Assembly (NCBI GenBank): GCA_016839945.1
Contig: JAEOTE010000090.1
Coordinates: 44,399 to 108,398, forward strand
Direction: 5' to 3'
From: Candidatus Heimdallarchaeota archaeon
Lineage (GTDB): Archaea > Asgardarchaeota > Heimdallarchaeia > Heimdallarchaeales > Heimdallarchaeaceae
Length of the DNA: 64,000 nucleotides
Shown: positions 1 through 10,089 of the stretch, in pieces
Layout: the number at the start of each line of letters is the position of its first letter
Position numbering within the stretch: the first letter of the stretch is position 1
The notes under the pieces: generated by a model
Told to the model about the DNA's origin: nothing
Seen by the model: only the letters and a program-made list of their open reading frames with translations
The model's database searches: none
Translations under genes and position numbers: made by a program

Positions 1-158
1 CTAATTGGAGATATGGGAGTATTATTCATTACACTTGGCGGATTTGAATATAGATCAGAATTCGAATTTGCATTGATTACTCCAAACATAGGTAGAAATG
101 ATATACCAATAATAAGAAGTATAATCATAGGTAATATTGTGTTTTTGGTTTTTTGCAT
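1..158 (-). CDS. 5' part of a secreted/surface protein running off the left edge
   Basis: Manual translation from ATG at 158: MQKTKNTILPMIILLIIGISFLPMFGVINANSNSDLYSNPPSV..., open to base 1. Basic N-region, hydrophobic core, xNA-type cleavage site; GAGGT 7 nt upstream. Not in the ORF track. Confidence 0.7.
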   Translation of the reverse strand, partial: MQKTKNTILPMIILLIIGISFLPMFGVINANSNSDLYSNPPSVMNNTPISPI

Positions 159-315
159 TAGTAAAACCTCATTTTTTGTAGTCTTGTCCAGAAAGAGGAG
201 GAACAATTTTAAATATTTTGGCATAGAAGATTTTTTCAGGTTTTATTTGTTTTTTATTTGCACCTTTTACCATAAGAGTCGGAATGTTTTTGTATTTTTA
301 CTTTCTAAATAGGTT

Positions 316-1122
316 GTGTATTCAAAAAAGGTTACAATTGAAGAATTATCTAGTATGATAGATCATACTAATCTTAAGCCATTCACTACAAAAAAAGAAA
401 TAAACAAATTATGTGAAGAAGCAACAAAGTACAATTTCGCAGCTGTTTGCATAAATCCAACAAATGTTTCTTTCTGTCATGAGATTTTAAAGAGAACAAA
501 TGTCGAAGTTGCTACAGTTGTTGGATTCCCTCTTGGTGCAAATATGAGGGAAGTCAAAGCACAGGAAACAAAAGAAGCTGTTAATCTTGGCGCTCAAGAA
601 ATTGACATGGTTATGAATATTGGTAGTTTTAGAGACAAAAACTATGATGAAGTTAGTAAAGATATTCAAGCAGTGGTAAATGCTGCAGCAGGGAACATTG
701 TCAAAGTTATATTGGAAACTGGATTTTTAACAGATGATCAAATAGTTAAAGCTTGTGAAATAGTAAAAGATTCAGGAGCTCATTTCGTTAAAACATCCAC
801 TGGTTTTGGTCCTATGGGAGCTTTTTATGATCATATTCTTCTAATGAGACAAACTGTAGGTACTGATTTTGGAGTCAAAGCTGCAGGCGGAATAAAAGAT
901 GCTAGAACTGCAGTTAGATTAGTTAATGCAGGGGCTAATAGACTTGGTGCTAGCGCGGGTGTTGCAATAATAAATTCTTTAGCAAAAATAGAAGAAGAAG
1001 GCAGTTGGTTTGACGCAACAGAAGACAAACCTATGGGTATTTATTCATTTGGAGCTGCTGATCCAAAAAAACAACCTAAAGATGTTTACGATTTTTATAT
1101 AAGAAAAAAGGAAGAATATTAG
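316..1122 (+). CDS. deoC: Deoxyribose-phosphate aldolase with ~45 aa C-terminal extension
   Basis: IDHTNLKP, VVGFPLG, EIDMV, KVILET, FVKTSTGF, VKAAGGI, RLGAS motifs. Confidence 0.95.
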   Translation: MYSKKVTIEELSSMIDHTNLKPFTTKKEINKLCEEATKYNFAAVCINPTNVSFCHEILKRTNVEVATVVGFPLGANMREVKAQETKEAVNLGAQEIDMVMNIGSFRDKNYDEVSKDIQAVVNAAAGNIVKVILETGFLTDDQIVKACEIVKDSGAHFVKTSTGFGPMGAFYDHILLMRQTVGTDFGVKAAGGIKDARTAVRLVNAGANRLGASAGVAIINSLAKIEEEGSWFDATEDKPMGIYSFGAADPKKQPKDVYDFYIRKKEEY

Positions 1123-1146
1123 AAAGGACTTAGAAGAGAGAATAAG

Positions 1147-3843
1147 ATGAAGCGATTTGACGATAGAAAGCTAAAGCCAAAATTAACACCTATGATGCAA
1201 CAATGGCAGCAAATTAAGAACCAAAATCCTGAGTATGTGCTCTTTTTTAGAGCAGGAGATTTTTATGAATGTTTTAATGAAGATGCAAAAATCGCTTCAG
1301 ATGTTCTGAATATAACGCTAACAGCTAAACCTATTGGTGAGAGAAAAATACCTCTAGCAGGAGTTCCTTATCATGCAGTAGATTCCTATATAGCAAAAAT
1401 GGTTCAAAATGGATATAAGGTTGCTATTGTTGAGCAATTAGAAGATCCTAAAACTGCAAAAAAAGTGGTTAAAAGAGGTGTTGTTCAGTTAGTAACAAGA
1501 GGAACTATAACTTTACCAGAATCACTTGGAAAAGGACAAAACAATTATTTGATTGGATTAGCTAAAGAGGAATCTATATTGGGAATTTCTGCTTTAGATC
1601 TATCAACAGGAGAGTTTTTAGTTGCTGATTTTGAAAACGAAAATGCTCTGGGTTTATTAGAAGTTGAGTTGACACGCTTAAATCCATCTGAAATCTTAGT
1701 TGAAAATGAGTTATGGAAGTTTTTAGATTTCTATCATGATGAACAAAATTGTACAATAACTCATGGAGATGATTATTATTTTGATATTGAACAAGGAAAG
1801 AAAGATCTACGCGAGACTTTTGATGTCTTAAGTCTAGAAGGTTTCGGAGTTGATGAACATACACCTTCTATCGGTGCGGCAGGAGCAATTTTGAGATATA
1901 TTAAGGAAACACAGAAACGAGAAGATTTTCCAAATATTACAAAAATTAGCCAAATAAGAAGTCAGGAATTTATGACGCTTGACTCAAGCACCATAAGAAA
2001 TTTGGAATTAATTGAAAACTTACGTGATAGGAAAAACTACGGAACATTACGACAGATATTAGATAACACAAAAAATCCAATTGGATCACGTCTATTAATC
2101 TCGTGGATTCTTCGACCAAGTTTAAATCCAACAACGATACAAGGAAGACTTGATGCAACAGAAGAGCTTTTTGAGGATATTATTCTAAGAGAAGAGTTTC
2201 GTGATATTCTAGGTAAAATGAGTGATTTGGAAAGGATAACAAGTCGAATTTGTTTGGGGAGAAGCAATCCAAGAGATTTGTTAGCTCTTAAAAATTCTCT
2301 TGAATTAATTCCTGAAATCCAGAATAATTTATCAAAGTTCAAAACTGTTCTTCTTAAAGAAATAAGGAAAAAACTTAATCCGCTGAAAGAAGTAACAAGC
2401 ATTATTGAAACAGGAATAGCAGATGAGGTTCCTACATCTGTTAAAGATGGTGGAGTAATAAGGGATGGTTATAACCAAGAATTAGATGAATTAAGAACAA
2501 TTCAAAGAAGTGGTAAATCATTTTTATCAACTCTAGAGGCTAGGGAAAAAGCTAATACTGGCATAAAGAATCTAAAAGTTCGCTACAACAAAGTTTTTGG
2601 TTACTATATAGAAGTCCCAAAAGCATCAACTAACAAAGTTCCAGCTGGGTATGAAAGGAAACAAACGCTAGTAAATGCTGAAAGATATATTACCCCAGAA
2701 TTAAAGGAATATGAAGAAAAAATATTGAATGCAGAAGAAAAAATACTGGTTTTAGAAGAGCAGCTGTTTAATGATATACTGCAGGAAATAGCACAGTTTG
2801 CTAGTTCTATTCAACAAAACGCATATTATTGTGCAATTTTGGACGTGATTACAACTTTTGCTCAAAATGCTGTATATTATAATTATGTTAAACCAGAGAT
2901 AACAGAAGATGAAATAATAGATATAAAAGATGGACGCCATCCAGTTGTGGAACAGCTTTTAGAACATTCTAGTTTTGTTCCAAATGATACCGTTATAAAA
3001 AAGGAAAATGAGAGAATCCTGATTATAACTGGTCCAAATATGGGTGGTAAATCAACTATATTACGACAAGTTGCATTAATTGTGTTAATGGCACAAATTG
3101 GTAGTTTTATTCCAGCAAAGCAAGCTAAAATCGGTTTGACAGATAGGATTTTTACTCGAATCGGAGCTCATGATGTTCTAGTGGAGCATCGTTCAACGTT
3201 CATGGTTGAAATGTATGAATGTGCAAATATTCTCAATAATGCAACAGAGAAGAGCTTAGTAATTCTTGATGAAGTAGGTAGAGGAACTTCAACATTTGAT
3301 GGTGTGGCAATAGCTTGGTCTATATCAGAATTCTTGCATAATAATATTGGTAAAAATGGTCCTAGAACACTCTTTGCTACTCATTATCATGAATTAATTG
3401 AACTAGAAGAATTACTCCCTAGAGTCAAAAATTATCACGTTTCGGTTAAGAACATAGATGGTGACATACATTTCTTATACAAAGTTAAGGAAGGAGGTAT
3501 TAATGAGAGCTTTGGGATTCATGTCGCTTCTTTAGCAGGATTACCTGAGAAGGTGATAGATGATGCAAATGAAATGCTTTCAATTCTTCATGATCAGGAT
3601 GAAAAAAAGGAGCTACAATCTTTTGATAAAGAATCAATATTAGCACCTATGAGAATAGAAAAAAGCAAAGAAAAACAAGATACATCTCTGCAACACATTG
3701 AAAAAACTGAAGAGATTATGAAAGATCTATCAGATATTAGTATTGAAGAAATGGCTCCCGTAGAAGCGCTAAATATACTAAACCAGCTTGTTAGAAAAAG
3801 CAAGAAAATACTTAAAGAAAAAGGGAAGAACAGTAAGGAGTAA
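1147..3843 (+). CDS. mutS: DNA mismatch repair protein MutS (MutS1)
   Basis: TPMMQQ, GDFYECF mismatch-binding motif, TGPNMGGKST Walker A, STFMVEM, ILDEVGRGTS, FATHYHEL. Confidence 0.97.
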   Translation: MKRFDDRKLKPKLTPMMQQWQQIKNQNPEYVLFFRAGDFYECFNEDAKIASDVLNITLTAKPIGERKIPLAGVPYHAVDSYIAKMVQNGYKVAIVEQLEDPKTAKKVVKRGVVQLVTRGTITLPESLGKGQNNYLIGLAKEESILGISALDLSTGEFLVADFENENALGLLEVELTRLNPSEILVENELWKFLDFYHDEQNCTITHGDDYYFDIEQGKKDLRETFDVLSLEGFGVDEHTPSIGAAGAILRYIKETQKREDFPNITKISQIRSQEFMTLDSSTIRNLELIENLRDRKNYGTLRQILDNTKNPIGSRLLISWILRPSLNPTTIQGRLDATEELFEDIILREEFRDILGKMSDLERITSRICLGRSNPRDLLALKNSLELIPEIQNNLSKFKTVLLKEIRKKLNPLKEVTSIIETGIADEVPTSVKDGGVIRDGYNQELDELRTIQRSGKSFLSTLEAREKANTGIKNLKVRYNKVFGYYIEVPKASTNKVPAGYERKQTLVNAERYITPELKEYEEKILNAEEKILVLEEQLFNDILQEIAQFASSIQQNAYYCAILDVITTFAQNAVYYNYVKPEITEDEIIDIKDGRHPVVEQLLEHSSFVPNDTVIKKENERILIITGPNMGGKSTILRQVALIVLMAQIGSFIPAKQAKIGLTDRIFTRIGAHDVLVEHRSTFMVEMYECANILNNATEKSLVILDEVGRGTSTFDGVAIAWSISEFLHNNIGKNGPRTLFATHYHELIELEELLPRVKNYHVSVKNIDGDIHFLYKVKEGGINESFGIHVASLAGLPEKVIDDANEMLSILHDQDEKKELQSFDKESILAPMRIEKSKEKQDTSLQHIEKTEEIMKDLSDISIEEMAPVEALNILNQLVRKSKKILKEKGKNSKE

Positions 3844-3876
3844 TCATTGTTTAATAAAATATCATATTGTGGTTTC

Positions 3877-5709
3877 ATGGAATCAAAAATTATCAAACTT
3901 GATAAACTTACAATTAATAAAATTGCAGCAGGAGAAGTTATTGAACGTCCTGCTTCTGTTGTTAAAGAACTTGTAGAAAATTCTATTGATGCTGGTAGTT
4001 CCGAGATAACAATAAATATACAAGAAGGGGGGAAGAAACTGATAGAAGTAATTGACAATGGATCAGGTATGACACATGATGATGTTTTACTTGCAGTTCA
4101 ACGATATTCAACAAGCAAAATTAAAGAAGCAGATGATTTGTTCTCTATCAATACATTAGGTTTTCGAGGAGAAGCTTTAGCTAGTATTGTAAGTGTAGGA
4201 ATGGTTGAGATAACAACAAAAGTGAAGAAACAAGATCTAGGAACACAGTTAGTAATAGAAGGAGGAGACATCAAATCTGATAGTAACATTTCAACAACTT
4301 CTGGTACAAGAATTATGATTAAGAATCTTTTTTTTAATGTGCCAGTAAGAAGAAAATTCCTAAAATCAATCAATACAGAAATGAATCATATTACAGAATT
4401 TATTACCAAATATGCATTAGCATATCCTGACATCTCCTTTTCTCTTACTCACAATGGGAAAACAGTGATATCATCACCAAAAGGAAATTTAATCACTCAA
4501 ATCACAGAGATTTTTGGAAAGAATATTGCTAAGGGATGTTTAACAATAAAAAATCAAGAAAATGGATACACCATCAAAGGTTTTATCACCAAACCGGAAT
4601 TATCACGGAAATCAAAAGATTATATGTACACATTTGTAAATGGTCGGCCTATTTCAAATAAAACACTTAATGACTCAATTATTCAAGGTTATGGGACATC
4701 TATTCCCCATGGAAGGTACCCAATTGTTTTTACATTTCTAGATCTTCCCTTAGACGAACTAGACGTTAATGTCCACCCTACAAAAAAAGAAGTTAGATTT
4801 AGCCAAGAAACCAAGATATTCAGTTTAGTGGAAACTGCTATTGGTGAAGCTCTACAAGCAAGTGGTTTGAAAATCTTTGAAAGGGTAACTGAAACAAAAG
4901 CTCAACCTACTTTGTTTCAAGAATTAAAACCGCAAGAAAAAAGAAAAATTGGTGATAAAACAGTGATTCAACCATCTTTTGTATCAAAGATGGATACGTC
5001 TCCTAAACCAGATACACGGATAATATCTAGCAAATCTCAAGTTATTGAGGATTTTCTACCAATAGAAAAAGTATCAAAACCAGAACTTCCCGCTGCAAAG
5101 GCAAAGACAAGAGAAATCAGAGTTATTGGAATATTAAAAGACACATACATAATTGCTGAAATTCAAGAAGGGTTGTTTCTATGCGATCAACATGCTGCCC
5201 ATGAAAAGATAAATTATGTAAAATACCTAAATCAATTACGTAATAATAACGTTAAAATTCAACAACTCCTTTCTCCGGTGAATATTGATCTAAAACCTTC
5301 TGAATTTGAAATTGTCAAAGAAATCATTTCTGAACTAAACAAATTTGGATTTGAAGTAGAAATCTTTGGTAAAAATGAACTAATAATTAGAGCTATTCCA
5401 TCAATAATGAAAACAACTATTTCTTATGATGTTGCAAAAGATATTGTTGATATTTTCAAGGAGCATGTATCTGAAATTAAGAAAGAGATGGAATTTAAAG
5501 ACTTAATTTTCATTAAAGACATAATATCAGTATTTGCTTGTAGAAGATCTATAAAAGCAGGAGATCGTATCACTTTAAATCAAGCTGAAAAACTCATTTC
5601 TGAATTGTTAGCATTAGATGAGCCTTTCACTTGCCCTCATGGTCGTCCTACTATAATAATCTTAAATGAGAAATATATTGAAGAGTTATTTCAACGTGAT
5701 TACAGATAA
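3877..5709 (+). CDS. mutL: DNA mismatch repair endonuclease MutL
   Basis: IAAGEVIERPASVVKELVENSIDAG, GFRGEALAS, DVNVHPTK, DQHAAHE, ACR, CPHGRP. ATG at 3877 preferred over TTG at 3847. Confidence 0.96.
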   Translation: MESKIIKLDKLTINKIAAGEVIERPASVVKELVENSIDAGSSEITINIQEGGKKLIEVIDNGSGMTHDDVLLAVQRYSTSKIKEADDLFSINTLGFRGEALASIVSVGMVEITTKVKKQDLGTQLVIEGGDIKSDSNISTTSGTRIMIKNLFFNVPVRRKFLKSINTEMNHITEFITKYALAYPDISFSLTHNGKTVISSPKGNLITQITEIFGKNIAKGCLTIKNQENGYTIKGFITKPELSRKSKDYMYTFVNGRPISNKTLNDSIIQGYGTSIPHGRYPIVFTFLDLPLDELDVNVHPTKKEVRFSQETKIFSLVETAIGEALQASGLKIFERVTETKAQPTLFQELKPQEKRKIGDKTVIQPSFVSKMDTSPKPDTRIISSKSQVIEDFLPIEKVSKPELPAAKAKTREIRVIGILKDTYIIAEIQEGLFLCDQHAAHEKINYVKYLNQLRNNNVKIQQLLSPVNIDLKPSEFEIVKEIISELNKFGFEVEIFGKNELIIRAIPSIMKTTISYDVAKDIVDIFKEHVSEIKKEMEFKDLIFIKDIISVFACRRSIKAGDRITLNQAEKLISELLALDEPFTCPHGRPTIIILNEKYIEELFQRDYR

Positions 5710-5723
5710 AGGATGAATAAGAA

Positions 5724-6017
5724 ATGATGAAGAAATTTAGGATAGATTTGAAAAAAGGAAAAATACAATTGAATCAAGCTTTAAGCATACATTTGATTAT
5801 GATAATAGTCACTATTCTTGCTTTTGCAATTTTCTTATCCATACAACAATTTTTGTACTCTTTCGAGGATTTTATTGCGAAAATCATTATCATAGATGTA
5901 CTTCTTGGAGTAGGAATATTACTGGAAATAATTACTTTTATCTGGAGAGTTCGCAATCTACAACTAAAAAATAAAGAAAGCATTACATCTACAGAAGAAA
6001 AAGAAGAAAAGGAATAA
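5724..6017 (+). CDS. Small two-TM membrane protein
   Basis: Two hydrophobic segments and an acidic tail; 14 nt after mutL. Confidence 0.6.
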   Translation: MMKKFRIDLKKGKIQLNQALSIHLIMIIVTILAFAIFLSIQQFLYSFEDFIAKIIIIDVLLGVGILLEIITFIWRVRNLQLKNKESITSTEEKEEKE

Positions 6018-6059
6018 GGATAGAACAATCCTCTACTTTTCAAAACTATAATGGATTCT

Positions 6060-6449
6060 TTATAGCTTATCACCATACAATTCTTTTATTTGCTGAGGTG
6101 TAAGCATAACAGGTATGCCTTCTTTTATATCGTAAACATGCTCTTCATTTTCTGAACAAATAAGTCTTCCTTTTTTTATTTCTAATTGGAAACAGTTTTC
6201 ACAATCTTTTTTCGAAACATGTTTTTTTATTTCATCAATCACTTTAGTTTCTTCTGTTAAGTCTTCATTGATATTAACAAGAAAGTATTTTTTATAATCA
6301 CAATAATAACTACAAACAACTTTGGTAAGAGGATTTTCCATGGGAATTGGGATTTTCTCTGATTCTTCCTCTTTTTCTTCAATTTCAAGCTTTAAAGGCC
6401 AAGCTTTATCAACTGGACATGCCAATAAATCCATTAATCGATACTTCAT
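6060..6449 (-). CDS. trm112: Trm112-family methyltransferase activator
   Basis: MKYRLMDLLACPVDK..PL N-terminus and G.LIC...Y.IKEGIPVML C-terminus; start moved to ATG 6449. Confidence 0.85.
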   Translation of the reverse strand: MKYRLMDLLACPVDKAWPLKLEIEEKEEESEKIPIPMENPLTKVVCSYYCDYKKYFLVNINEDLTEETKVIDEIKKHVSKKDCENCFQLEIKKGRLICSENEEHVYDIKEGIPVMLTPQQIKELYGDKL

Positions 6450-6532
6450 ACAAACACACGTCTTGTTAAGCAATTTTAAAGTATAATCCCTTTATTTTAA
6501 TTGGTTATAAATTTATTTCATTTATTGGGAGA

Positions 6533-7261
6533 TTATTTCATTAGCTTTGTTATCTCCTCATGGTTAAGTTTTTCATAACGTTCTATAGAACCGATATCAT
6601 CCCAATAACAATCATCAGGGATATAAGCCATAACATTGTTTTTTTCAACAAAATATGGAAAAATATCTTTTGATAGATCAATGCTTTTTGTGCTATCAAA
6701 CTCTTCAAGAAAATTAAATACAGTTGGCTCTATTATACTGATTCCTGTATTTACTAAAAGAGGTAATTTAGGTTTTTCAACAAATTTTGTAACTCTTTTT
6801 TCCTCATCTATTTCAGCTATTCCAACACGCAAATCCCAACCTTCGGTAACTAAAATTGAAGCCCATTTTCCATGTTTTAAGTGAAAATTCAACATATCTG
6901 TAAAATTGACATTTGTGATTATATCAGAGTAAAAAATAATTATGCGTCTGTTGCCAATAATATCTTTAGCATTCAAAAGAGCTGTGCCAGTTCCTTTAGG
7001 TCCAGGTTTGTCTACAACATAGCTGAGATTCATCCCCCATTTTTCTCCATTTCCAAAGTAACCCTGAATTTGTTCTTTCTTATAATTTACTAGTAATATT
7101 AAATCCTTTATACCATGTTTCTTAAAATGAGTAATTACATATTCCAGAATAGGAAGTTGGTCTTTACCTATGGGAACCATGACTTTTTGCATGTAATAGG
7201 TAAGAGGGCGCATTCTTGTTCCTTCTCCACCACAAAAAAGAATTCCAACTGTTTCTGTCAT
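6533..7261 (-). CDS. Sugar-phosphate nucleotidyltransferase (NTP_transferase family)
   Basis: GGEGTRMRPLT...K.MVPI, KGTG.AL, FVEKP, YWDDIG. Confidence 0.9.
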   Translation of the reverse strand: MTETVGILFCGGEGTRMRPLTYYMQKVMVPIGKDQLPILEYVITHFKKHGIKDLILLVNYKKEQIQGYFGNGEKWGMNLSYVVDKPGPKGTGTALLNAKDIIGNRRIIIFYSDIITNVNFTDMLNFHLKHGKWASILVTEGWDLRVGIAEIDEEKRVTKFVEKPKLPLLVNTGISIIEPTVFNFLEEFDSTKSIDLSKDIFPYFVEKNNVMAYIPDDCYWDDIGSIERYEKLNHEEITKLMK

Positions 7262-7390
7262 TTCAAATATCAATAGTTGAGGTTATTTAATTATTTATTC
7301 CTAATTACGATAGTTCTATAGCGAAAGTATGATGATGATGATATTCCGATTAAGAAATTCTTATTAACATAAAGTAGAGATGTAATTATT

Positions 7391-8044
7391 ATGGAATCAA
7401 CTAAGACATCTACTCTTGCTGAAATAACAGACAAACTAAAAGCAAATATTGATCGTTCATTTTGGAAAGGAAGAGGAAATAGAGAACTCTTTAGAGAAGC
7501 AGTAAAGAATCTAGTTGCTTCTGGTGTTCTTTCGAAGGACGAGTATTCATACTTTCAGAAAAATGAAAGAAGAATTTTGGTTAAAACACAACTTATTCAT
7601 CTCATCCCAGAATTACAATCTCAGGAGGTAGTTGAAAACACATTGAGACATCTTTCGAATGTAATTTTGGAGAAAAAATATAAGGAAGGAGAAACAAGAC
7701 GTGAAGAAGTTGAAAAACAAATCGTAGACCAAATTGCGAGTCACCTTCATAGTACTTTTCATCCAAAAATATCATCAGTAAAAGATGCTTTTTCACATAT
7801 GAGACAAATGATTCAAGAGTCACCAGACGTTTCTCAGGAATTAATAAAAATCTCTAATCAATTGCTAGAAGTGCGAGACGGCTTATTAGAGAAAGGACAA
7901 AGTCCGATGTTATTACACGAAATAGACAAACTTTCAACTAAATTAGTTTTTGCTGCAAAAAGTAACAACCCAGAGGACATTCCTTCGAAAACCGATCTAC
8001 TAAACTGGTTGAATGATATCCAAATCACTTCTAATGTCGAATAA
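7391..8044 (+). CDS. Hypothetical helical protein with SHOCT-like motif
   Basis: 217 aa ORF, upstream TTATTAA TATA-like element; KNLVASGVLSKDEY segment. Confidence 0.7.
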   Translation: MESTKTSTLAEITDKLKANIDRSFWKGRGNRELFREAVKNLVASGVLSKDEYSYFQKNERRILVKTQLIHLIPELQSQEVVENTLRHLSNVILEKKYKEGETRREEVEKQIVDQIASHLHSTFHPKISSVKDAFSHMRQMIQESPDVSQELIKISNQLLEVRDGLLEKGQSPMLLHEIDKLSTKLVFAAKSNNPEDIPSKTDLLNWLNDIQITSNVE

Positions 8045-8167
8045 CTCAACAAAACAGATTAGCTAACCGAAACCTCAATTTTTCTTATTTAAAACTTTGA
8101 TATCACAATAATTTTAAATATTGTATAATTTCTTTTGTAGCGTAATTACTTCTGGAGTGTTTGTAAA

Positions 8168-9334
8168 GTGAAATTCAGAAAAATAATAGCATCAGAATCT
8201 GTTACTGAAGGTCATCCTGATAAAGTTTGTGACCAAATTTCAGATGCAATTCTTGATGCCATTTTAAGTGTGGATCCTGATGCATATGTTGCATGTGAAA
8301 CTTTTGTTACAACCGGTCTTGTTATAGTAGGAGGAGAGATTACTACAACCAAGGGATGTATTATTAATTATGATAAAATAGTTCGAAATACGATAAAAGA
8401 AATCGGTTATGATGATTCTAATATAGGTTTTGACTATCGGGGTTGTGCAGTTATAAATACAATTCATTCACAATCTCCAGATATTTCACAAGGGATAAAA
8501 AAAGGGGAATTAGAAGAGCAAGGGGCGGGGGATCAAGGCATAATGATTGGCTATGCAACAAATGAAACACCAGAATATATGCCCTTACCAATAATATTAG
8601 CACATAAATTAACAGCAAAGCTTAGTGAAGTTAGAAAAAAAGGAATTCTTCAATTTCTTAAACCAGATGGGAAGTCTTTAGTTGCAGCTGAATATGAGGA
8701 GAATAAACCAACCAGAATTGAAGCTGTTGTTATTGCTGCACAACATACCAAAGATGTTTCTCAAGAAGAAATAGAAGAAGGAATAATAAAGGAAGTTGTT
8801 CAAAAAGTTGTTCCTAAAAATCTTATGGATTCTGAAACTAAAATATTCATTAATAGAACCGGACGTTTTGTGGTAGGGGGTCCTCATGGTGATTCAGGTC
8901 TAACAGGGAGGAAAATTATAGTGGACACATATGGACAACATTCGCATGGTGGTGGTGCATTTTCAGGAAAGGATCCTTCTAAAGTTGATCGTTCTGCATC
9001 ATACGCCGCAAGATATGTTGCTAAAAATGTCGTAGCAGCGGATTTGGCTGATGAATGTGAGGTTCAAGTTTCATATTGTATTGGAGTACCTGAACCGTTG
9101 TCAGTTAACATTGAATGTTTTAACACTGAAAAAGTACAAATTGATAAGATAAGAGAAGCTGTAATGAAAATCTTTGATTTCAGACCAGGTATAATAGTAG
9201 AACAATTAGAATTAAAAAGACCGATATACTTGAAAACAGCATGTTATGGTCATTTTGGAAGGAATTTACCTGAATTCACTTGGGAAAAAACAGACAAAGT
9301 TGAGGAATTAAAACGAATTGTTAATGAATTGTGA
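8168..9334 (+). CDS. metK: S-adenosylmethionine synthetase, bacterial/eukaryotic type
   Basis: [49 protein letters not shown]. Confidence 0.97.
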   Translation: MKFRKIIASESVTEGHPDKVCDQISDAILDAILSVDPDAYVACETFVTTGLVIVGGEITTTKGCIINYDKIVRNTIKEIGYDDSNIGFDYRGCAVINTIHSQSPDISQGIKKGELEEQGAGDQGIMIGYATNETPEYMPLPIILAHKLTAKLSEVRKKGILQFLKPDGKSLVAAEYEENKPTRIEAVVIAAQHTKDVSQEEIEEGIIKEVVQKVVPKNLMDSETKIFINRTGRFVVGGPHGDSGLTGRKIIVDTYGQHSHGGGAFSGKDPSKVDRSASYAARYVAKNVVAADLADECEVQVSYCIGVPEPLSVNIECFNTEKVQIDKIREAVMKIFDFRPGIIVEQLELKRPIYLKTACYGHFGRNLPEFTWEKTDKVEELKRIVNEL

Positions 9335-9342
9335 TTCGGAAT

Positions 9343-9369
9343 AAAACAAAGTTCAGCTTTGTTTTTTTT
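9343..9369 (+). terminator. Hairpin plus T-tract downstream of metK
   Basis: AAAACAAAG-TTCAG-CTTTGTTTT inverted repeat running into T8, followed by further T-tracts. Confidence 0.55.
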
Positions 9370-9423
9370 ACTCATTTTTTTTCACAAACCTTTTTTTATT
9401 ATTACTTATGTATTATCGAAGGT

Positions 9424-10083
9424 ATGAACAAAACAGATAGTTTAGCAATTGAGAAAGTAGTACAAAAAATCTTGCAAGAAGAGAAACCAAAAACGGTTAA
9501 AAAGCTCATAGAAAGGACAGTAGAATTAACAAGCAAGGATAAATATGAAGTATTTCTCGTTGTTCAAGAATTAGAAAGAACTAAGAGAATCCATTTAGGA
9601 TCACCAAAAATCATTAGAAAATTACCTGAAACCATACTAGAATATTTTATAAAAGTTAATTATTTCTCTGTTGAATTTTGGACTATTTTCTTGTTAACTG
9701 CAATGTTCTTTCCAATTATAATTCTAATTCCTGAAGAATCTTCCTTTTTGTTCCTTCGAGTAATTTTTGGGTTTTTGTTCATTCTATTTATCCCAGGATG
9801 GTCGATTACAAATCTGTTTTTTCCGAAACTATATGAAGTAATAGATCAGTTCGAGAGATTTTTAATTGCAATTGGAGTAAATGTTGGAATTGCTATTTTT
9901 TCTGGACTAATCCTAAATCAAGTCTGGATTATTAATTCAACACCATTTACTATTATTATTGGTTCATTTACTTTTGCAGCTTCATTATTATCGTCATTGT
10001 TGAGAATTTATATTGGTTCGAGCAGAAATAAGAAATTATTGGTACTATTTGAGAATATAAAATTAAAAATAAAAAGAAAGTGA
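9424..10083 (+). CDS. DUF1616-like membrane protein (N-terminal half) with N-terminal wHTH-like domain
   Basis: LRVIFG.LF.LFIPGW...LFFP.....DQFER...IG....I..G.ILN pattern; ATG 9424 preferred because the GTG 9331 extension crosses the terminator. Confidence 0.7.
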   Translation: MNKTDSLAIEKVVQKILQEEKPKTVKKLIERTVELTSKDKYEVFLVVQELERTKRIHLGSPKIIRKLPETILEYFIKVNYFSVEFWTIFLLTAMFFPIIILIPEESSFLFLRVIFGFLFILFIPGWSITNLFFPKLYEVIDQFERFLIAIGVNVGIAIFSGLILNQVWIINSTPFTIIIGSFTFAASLLSSLLRIYIGSSRNKKLLVLFENIKLKIKRK

Positions 10084-10089
10084 AGGAAA

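Noticed and set aside
13-312. 99-aa plus-strand ORF
   Set aside because: Antisense to a better minus-strand signal-peptide ORF (158 to <1) and spans the divergent promoter region.
8045-8167. Possible SAM riboswitch upstream of metK
   Set aside because: Short, AT-rich, contains a TATA-like box; no SAM-I core or stable stems visible.
9331-9423. GTG-start N-terminal extension of the DUF1616-like ORF
   Set aside because: Reads through the metK hairpin and T-tracts (Phe-rich artefact); ATG 9424 is more plausible.
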